Below are positions 59,385 through 64,000 of a stretch of DNA of 64,000 nt, in pieces. Origin of the DNA: a virus; the IMG/VR virus record IMGVR_UViG_3300035661_000056, positions 3,658 to 67,657 of that record; one strand, 5' to 3'. Position 1 is the stretch's first letter, and every line of letters starts with the position of its first letter. A model generated the notes under the pieces. It did not search any database and had not been told where the DNA came from. It worked only from the letters and a program-made list of their open reading frames with translations. The translations under genes and the position numbers were made by a program.

Positions 59385-60281
59385 ATGCATAAATCAACTA
59401 TATCTGCTAAAGTAATTCAAGACTCCATAAGTTTAGAAGGATACCGTATCACTACGTTTGAATTAGAGTACCCTAGGTTTATTCACTCAGAGTTTATGAC
59501 GCATAGAGCATTCTCTAGAAATGCAGCTAGTTCAAGAGCAATACCTATTGCTAGTATGCACGAACAGATTCTGTCTAATACTGCTATGCCAATTAACTGG
59601 GGTAAAAATAACCCAGGTATGCAGAGTAAAGAGGATTTACCCCCTGAACATGTTGAGATAGCTAAACAGATTTGGATAAAGGCACGCAATGATGCGATTC
59701 ACGGGTCTAAAGCTTTGGCAAACTTAGGCTCTCATAAACAAATAGCTAATAGAATTACAGAATGTTTCATGGTTATGAAAACAGTTATGACAGCTACAGA
59801 GTTAGATAACTGGTTTAATCTTCGTAATCATAATGATGCACAGCCGGAGATTCATGAGTTAGCTAAAAAGATGAATGAGGCTCTACAAGATTCTATACCT
59901 ATGAGGATAGAAGTAGGTGAATGGCATGTACCATATATTCATAGAGAACGTCTAGATGGTGAGATGATATACTCTACTAATGGTAGAGTACTTACACTAG
60001 ACGAAGCTAGAAAAATTAGCGTCTCTTGTTGCGCGCAAGTTAGTTATAGAAAAAATGATGATAGTATAGATAAAGCTATAATGATTTTTGATAAGCTAAT
60101 CAATAGTAAACCTATACATGCTTCACCTATGGAGCATCAAGCAACGCCTATTGTCACTAACTATCTTAGTGAGCAGTACAACCCTAGAACCTGGCAACCA
60201 GGTATAACTCATATAGACCTTTGGGGCAGACATTGGTCTAATAATTTTTGCAAATGGATACAGCTTAGAGCGCTTATTTAA
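59385..60281 (+). CDS. thyX: Flavin-dependent thymidylate synthase (ThyX/Thy1-like)
   Basis: SEFMTHRAFSRNAASSR, KQIANR, LR...AQPEI. Confidence 0.8.
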   Translation: MHKSTISAKVIQDSISLEGYRITTFELEYPRFIHSEFMTHRAFSRNAASSRAIPIASMHEQILSNTAMPINWGKNNPGMQSKEDLPPEHVEIAKQIWIKARNDAIHGSKALANLGSHKQIANRITECFMVMKTVMTATELDNWFNLRNHNDAQPEIHELAKKMNEALQDSIPMRIEVGEWHVPYIHRERLDGEMIYSTNGRVLTLDEARKISVSCCAQVSYRKNDDSIDKAIMIFDKLINSKPIHASPMEHQATPIVTNYLSEQYNPRTWQPGITHIDLWGRHWSNNFCKWIQLRALI

Positions 60282-60283
60282 CT

Positions 60284-60327
60284 AAGGGGGATTCAGGTCG
60301 ATATATTCGTACTTGAGTCCCCTTTTT
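60284..60327 (+). terminator. Rho-independent terminator
   Basis: AAGGGGGATTCAGG...CTTGAGTCCCCTTTTT. Confidence 0.7.
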
Positions 60328-60356
60328 GCATAAGATTCTATAAATAGGAGTAATAA

Positions 60357-60563
60357 ATGAAAAAAGAAGATTGGATTGAAGTATCAAAGCATCTACCGGA
60401 ATTATATTATATTGATGATAATTGGAGTTGTTCTAAAACTGTACTTATTACAGATGGTGATTATGTTAAAGTAGCTCATTATGAGAAGTTTTTTGATAAA
60501 GTAGCGTGGTCTGGGTTTGCAAATTTAAACCCTACACATTGGATGGAGATTGTATTACCATAA
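60357..60563 (+). CDS. DUF551-like protein
   Basis: WIEVSKHLPE...PTHWM. Confidence 0.75.
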   Translation: MKKEDWIEVSKHLPELYYIDDNWSCSKTVLITDGDYVKVAHYEKFFDKVAWSGFANLNPTHWMEIVLP

Positions 60564-60723
60564 AATTAACCCAGTTTATCAGGTTTTGCGCTCGTAGAGC
60601 GCAAGCTCGATAAGGCTAGGGTAATATCTCTACAATTTCCTCTATGCAACTAATATTTAGATGAAAATTTTTATTGGTAATAGTAATTTTCAACAATTTC
60701 CCTGACCCTAGAAACTTTTAAGC

Positions 60724-60752
60724 TTGACAGGAAATGCTTTTCTTGGTATAAT
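60724..60752 (+). promoter_or_regulatory. Consensus sigma70 promoter
   Basis: TTGACA-17bp-TATAAT. Confidence 0.85.
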
Positions 60753-61095
60753 AATTGTATAAAGAGATACTAGTGGTTCCTTTGAACTGGTTTAAAAATT
60801 ATAAAACTATATCGCGCCCTGTGGGTGGCGGCCTAGTTTTCTTAATTTCTGAAACCTGTGCAAAGGAACAATAATAAAAAATAAAACATATGACTAATTG
60901 CGTCTAAAAATGATTCCTTACTTGGAAACTGAGAAGGATTTAAGCGACTTCCCACCCTTTCCACCCTTCCAGCCCGCTAGAGACGCCAACCTTCCTCAAA
61001 ATATCTTAGCACTTTCGTGCAACGCAGTTATAGTAAGAGACTTCAGTCCTTGACCCGCTATAGCTGTTTTAACTTAGGGTCAGAAAGAAAAACAT

Positions 61096-62202
61096 ATGGC
61101 AATTACATTTAAATCATGGGATAGACCTGCTAACGGTAACTGGGGAGGTAAGATTCCTAAATCATCTGGATCTTCCGCAAGGATTACTAGCTGGAGAGAT
61201 TTGGATTGGGCTTCTCTAGCAGATAATTGTGATAGTGCATCAGATATCGCAGTTAAAATGATAGAATCAGAGTTTGAGGATGACTACTGTAAAAGAATCG
61301 CAGCACTAAATAAGAGTCAAGAACGTTTGAATCCAGAAGGTGGCTCTTATGAAGGAAATTTGTCTGAAACGGTAGTAAAACGCGTACTAACTATGCGTGA
61401 GCTAATTCAAATCAAGCAGCAAGCTACCTCAGATATTATAGAGGCCTTTTGCGATTCAAACGGACTTAAGCATACAGGAACCCAACTGCTTGGACTGTTA
61501 GTTACTTATTTTAGCTCATTCAAATTATCCACTATGGACGGTGAGATTTATGATGCTAGTGTTGCAGAGGCTGCATTTAAGGCCAATGATGGGGGTGGGC
61601 TGATTTCTTCTAGAGCTTTCTACACGCAACTACGTGCTACGGCTGAGGGTAGAGGGTTGCATTATTTCCTTATGTATGATAATAGGTCTCATTATCTAGA
61701 AAAACAGTATACTGGGCCGGGCAAGAACTTTTGCGCTCTAGTTCCTTTAGTACTATACGCGTTTAAGCTAGTAAAGGGTATTCCTTATCGTCACTGGTAT
61801 AAGAAAGATATTATAGGTATTGTGAACCCTAAATTGGCAATGGCTATGCTCTGGGATGAGAAACTCGACCCTAAACCGTCGCGTGAGGAAATCATACAAG
61901 CCCGTGAAGATGGATTACTAGTCAAAACTGGAAAATTTGCTGGAACTAGACGTAATCCAGTATCCACAGTCAGACTATATGGTACTAGCTGTATTTCTCA
62001 CTTACCAGAGTATATACAGACAATGTACGCTCAAATCTGGTGTGCACATCCTGAGAATCGCACTAAATACATGATTCTAGACCCATCAAATTGGGATACT
62101 ATGCCAGAAGCATTGATAAGTTCTGAAGTAGTTACTAGTACTCCAGCTAAACCTATTGGTCTTAGCATTGGTAGACACAATTTAGAAGATGATCCATGGT
62201 AA
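61096..62202 (+). CDS. Hypothetical protein (368 aa)
   Basis: Long ORF downstream of a strong promoter; no motif recognised. Confidence 0.75.
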   Translation: MAITFKSWDRPANGNWGGKIPKSSGSSARITSWRDLDWASLADNCDSASDIAVKMIESEFEDDYCKRIAALNKSQERLNPEGGSYEGNLSETVVKRVLTMRELIQIKQQATSDIIEAFCDSNGLKHTGTQLLGLLVTYFSSFKLSTMDGEIYDASVAEAAFKANDGGGLISSRAFYTQLRATAEGRGLHYFLMYDNRSHYLEKQYTGPGKNFCALVPLVLYAFKLVKGIPYRHWYKKDIIGIVNPKLAMAMLWDEKLDPKPSREEIIQAREDGLLVKTGKFAGTRRNPVSTVRLYGTSCISHLPEYIQTMYAQIWCAHPENRTKYMILDPSNWDTMPEALISSEVVTSTPAKPIGLSIGRHNLEDDPW

Positions 62203-62270
62203 GATTTTAGTATTCAATAGCTTGCTATATTTTTAATAGTTTAAGGTTAGTACAGAATGAAATACTACAC

Positions 62271-62426
62271 TTTTTACAGCTTATTGCACTTTTAACAGTT
62301 TACTATATCACTACACTTTTTACAGCTTAGGGTCAGAATGAAATTTCAACAATTTTTACAGCTTATTGCACTTTTAACAGTTTACTATATCACTACACTT
62401 TTTACAGCTTAGGGTCAGAATGAAAT
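62271..62426 (+). repeat. 74-bp direct repeat, two copies (offset 82)
   Basis: TTTTTACAGCTTATTGCAC...CTTAGGGTCAGAATGAAAT at 62271 and 62353; second copy supplies the ATG of the next gene. Confidence 0.9.
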
Positions 62427-62752
62427 ACGACAAGAAATTAGCCGACCAAATTGTGGTTTGGTACCAGTCTGAGGGACTTTCGGTGCCACAAATCGCTACA
62501 AAACTCAGTACCTTAACTGGCGAAATCGTACCGGAACGGTCAATCATCGCCAAACTTAGCAGTTTAGGTGTCTACAAAAAGAAGCAATATTTAACAAAAC
62601 GAGGAGAAATTCCTATCAAAAAGAGTGAATATGTCGAAAAATTTGCAAAAATCCTCAATGTAGACGTAGAAATTCTAGAAAGCATGGAAAAACTCAATAA
62701 AAGCGTTTTAGTTATGTTACTAGAAAAACTTGATCCTAAACCGAGCGAATAA
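62420..62752 (+). CDS. T5 A2-like DNA-binding protein
   Basis: IA.KL...RSIIAKLSSLGVYKKK...KKSEYV..A..L...ESMEK.NK pattern resembles A2. Confidence 0.65.
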   Translation: MKYDKKLADQIVVWYQSEGLSVPQIATKLSTLTGEIVPERSIIAKLSSLGVYKKKQYLTKRGEIPIKKSEYVEKFAKILNVDVEILESMEKLNKSVLVMLLEKLDPKPSE

Positions 62753-62754
62753 CA

Positions 62755-62793
62755 CAAAAGCCCCTAAAGCTGTATAGGCTTTAGGGGCTTTTG
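62755..62793. terminator. Rho-independent terminator
   Basis: CAAAAGCCCCTAAAGC...GCTTTAGGGGCTTTTG. Confidence 0.85.
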
Positions 62794-62856
62794 TGTTTAT
62801 GAACTTTCGTGTTTTACACTCAAATTTCTACAGCCTAGGGTCAGAAAAAATTTACA

Positions 62857-62885
62857 TTGACAAATGCTACCTTCTGATGTATAAT
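62857..62885 (+). promoter_or_regulatory. Consensus sigma70 promoter
   Basis: TTGACA-17bp-TATAAT. Confidence 0.85.
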
Positions 62886-63082
62886 AGTTGTTCAAGCCAA
62901 TAACGAACGCGCCAAAGCGGAGGTCGCCAAAGGATCCGTTATTCTAGAAACTATTACAGTAGGCGGTCCAATAGGATTCACGGATAGTAACACTTTTAAC
63001 ACTTATTAATCTTCCACACTTTGCTACGGCTTAGGGTCCTCATTTTGCTACGACTTAGCTTCTTATACCGAAAGTTACTTAT

Positions 63083-63532
63083 ATGACCTGTGGAATATAC
63101 CTAATATCCTTTGAAAGCATAAATAGTGTATATATTGGTAAATCTATAGATATAGAAAATCGCTTAAAGCAACACGAATTAGCTTTTAAAAGTGGTACCC
63201 ATACTAAACTATTACAAAACGCGTATAATTTAAGTAATGATTATACAACTAAAATTCTTATAGAATCTGATTATCTATGGTTAGACTTATTAGAAGCTTA
63301 TTATTACACTAAGTTTAAAAGTTCAGGTAAATATACTTTGTTAAACCTAGTACCCTTATACCCAAAAGCTAGTACTAAAAAGCTTACTGGGTGGCTAAAA
63401 TCAGGTGCACTAAACGTACAAAAATCACCTATAGATATTTTACTAGAATTAAAAGTATTACCAAACACTAGATCAGGCAAGCACAGAAAGTACCCTATAG
63501 TAAGAGAGTCTCCTATAGACCTCAGACCCTAA
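63083..63532 (+). CDS. Free-standing GIY-YIG endonuclease
   Basis: CGIYLI...VYIGKS.DIENR..QH...L.E. Confidence 0.85.
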   Translation: MTCGIYLISFESINSVYIGKSIDIENRLKQHELAFKSGTHTKLLQNAYNLSNDYTTKILIESDYLWLDLLEAYYYTKFKSSGKYTLLNLVPLYPKASTKKLTGWLKSGALNVQKSPIDILLELKVLPNTRSGKHRKYPIVRESPIDLRP

Positions 63533-63664
63533 ACCGTAGCAAATTGCTAAACTGCTAGGTTAGTTTAACCTTTTTCTGGTTATTCAATGCATTGATTCGC
63601 CCACTGTTGGTGGTTGCGAGGAATTTTTTCGCCCATACTGCAAAGTTGGGCTATTCGCGTTTAT

Positions 63665-63830
63665 AAAAATTTACTTGACAAATTACCTTTAGCACTAGTA
63701 TAATTTGGCGCAGACACCCCTCGCTTAATTGGGGTAATTTAATAATTTGCTACGGTTTAGGGTAGCTTTGACGCTGGATATTAAAAATTTACTTGACAAT
63801 CACACTAACACTGAGGTAAAATTTGGCGCA
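63665..63830 (+). promoter_or_regulatory. Two tandem related promoters
   Basis: AAAAATTTACTTGACA...TA(T/A)AATTTGGCGCA repeated twice. Confidence 0.75.
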
Positions 63831-63841
63831 AATGAGGTAGT

Positions 63842-64000
63842 AAAATTATAAAAATCTTTGAAAATTTTACTAACAAAAATTATAAAAATCTTTGAAAATT
63901 TTACTAACAAAAATTATAAAAATCTTTGAAAATTTTACTAACAAAAATTATAAAAATCTTTGAAAATTTTACTAACAAAAATTATAAAAATCTTTGAAAA
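63842..64000 (+). repeat. Perfect 34-bp tandem repeat, more than 4 copies, running off the window
   Basis: AAAATTATAAAAATCTTTGAAAATTTTACTAACA. Confidence 0.95.

Noticed and set aside
63842-64000. CRISPR array
   Set aside because: Identical contiguous units with no unique spacers and no cas genes

Overview
AT-rich fragment of a lytic T5-like (Demerecviridae-type) siphophage genome, probably infecting a proteobacterium. Left (+): tape-measure C-terminus, lambdoid-type tail tip genes, a 2770-aa J-like protein, a repeat-rich tail fiber with a C-terminal chaperone domain, lysis genes and phoH. Centre (-): a class II RNR interrupted by both a group I intron (GIY-YIG/NUMOD1 endonuclease) and a LAGLIDADG intein, then the T5-like replication module (dut, D15-D10, a family A polymerase split by an ORF-less group I intron, primase, D6, D5, split ligase, D2, D3). 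This is followed by a ~12-kb tRNA region (about 18 tRNA or tRNA-like genes) with ClpP-like, Hsp20 and Ro60/TROVE genes, and five tandem pentapeptide-repeat paralogs. Right (+): SleB-like hydrolase, ThyX-like, A2-like and GIY-YIG genes with many repeats and strong sigma70 promoters. Best candidate for a new system: the Ro60 gene is flanked by four short RNAs that share a Y-RNA-like stem with compensatory base changes, plus a ~400-nt unannotated structured RNA. All calls come from reading motifs by eye; no searches were run.
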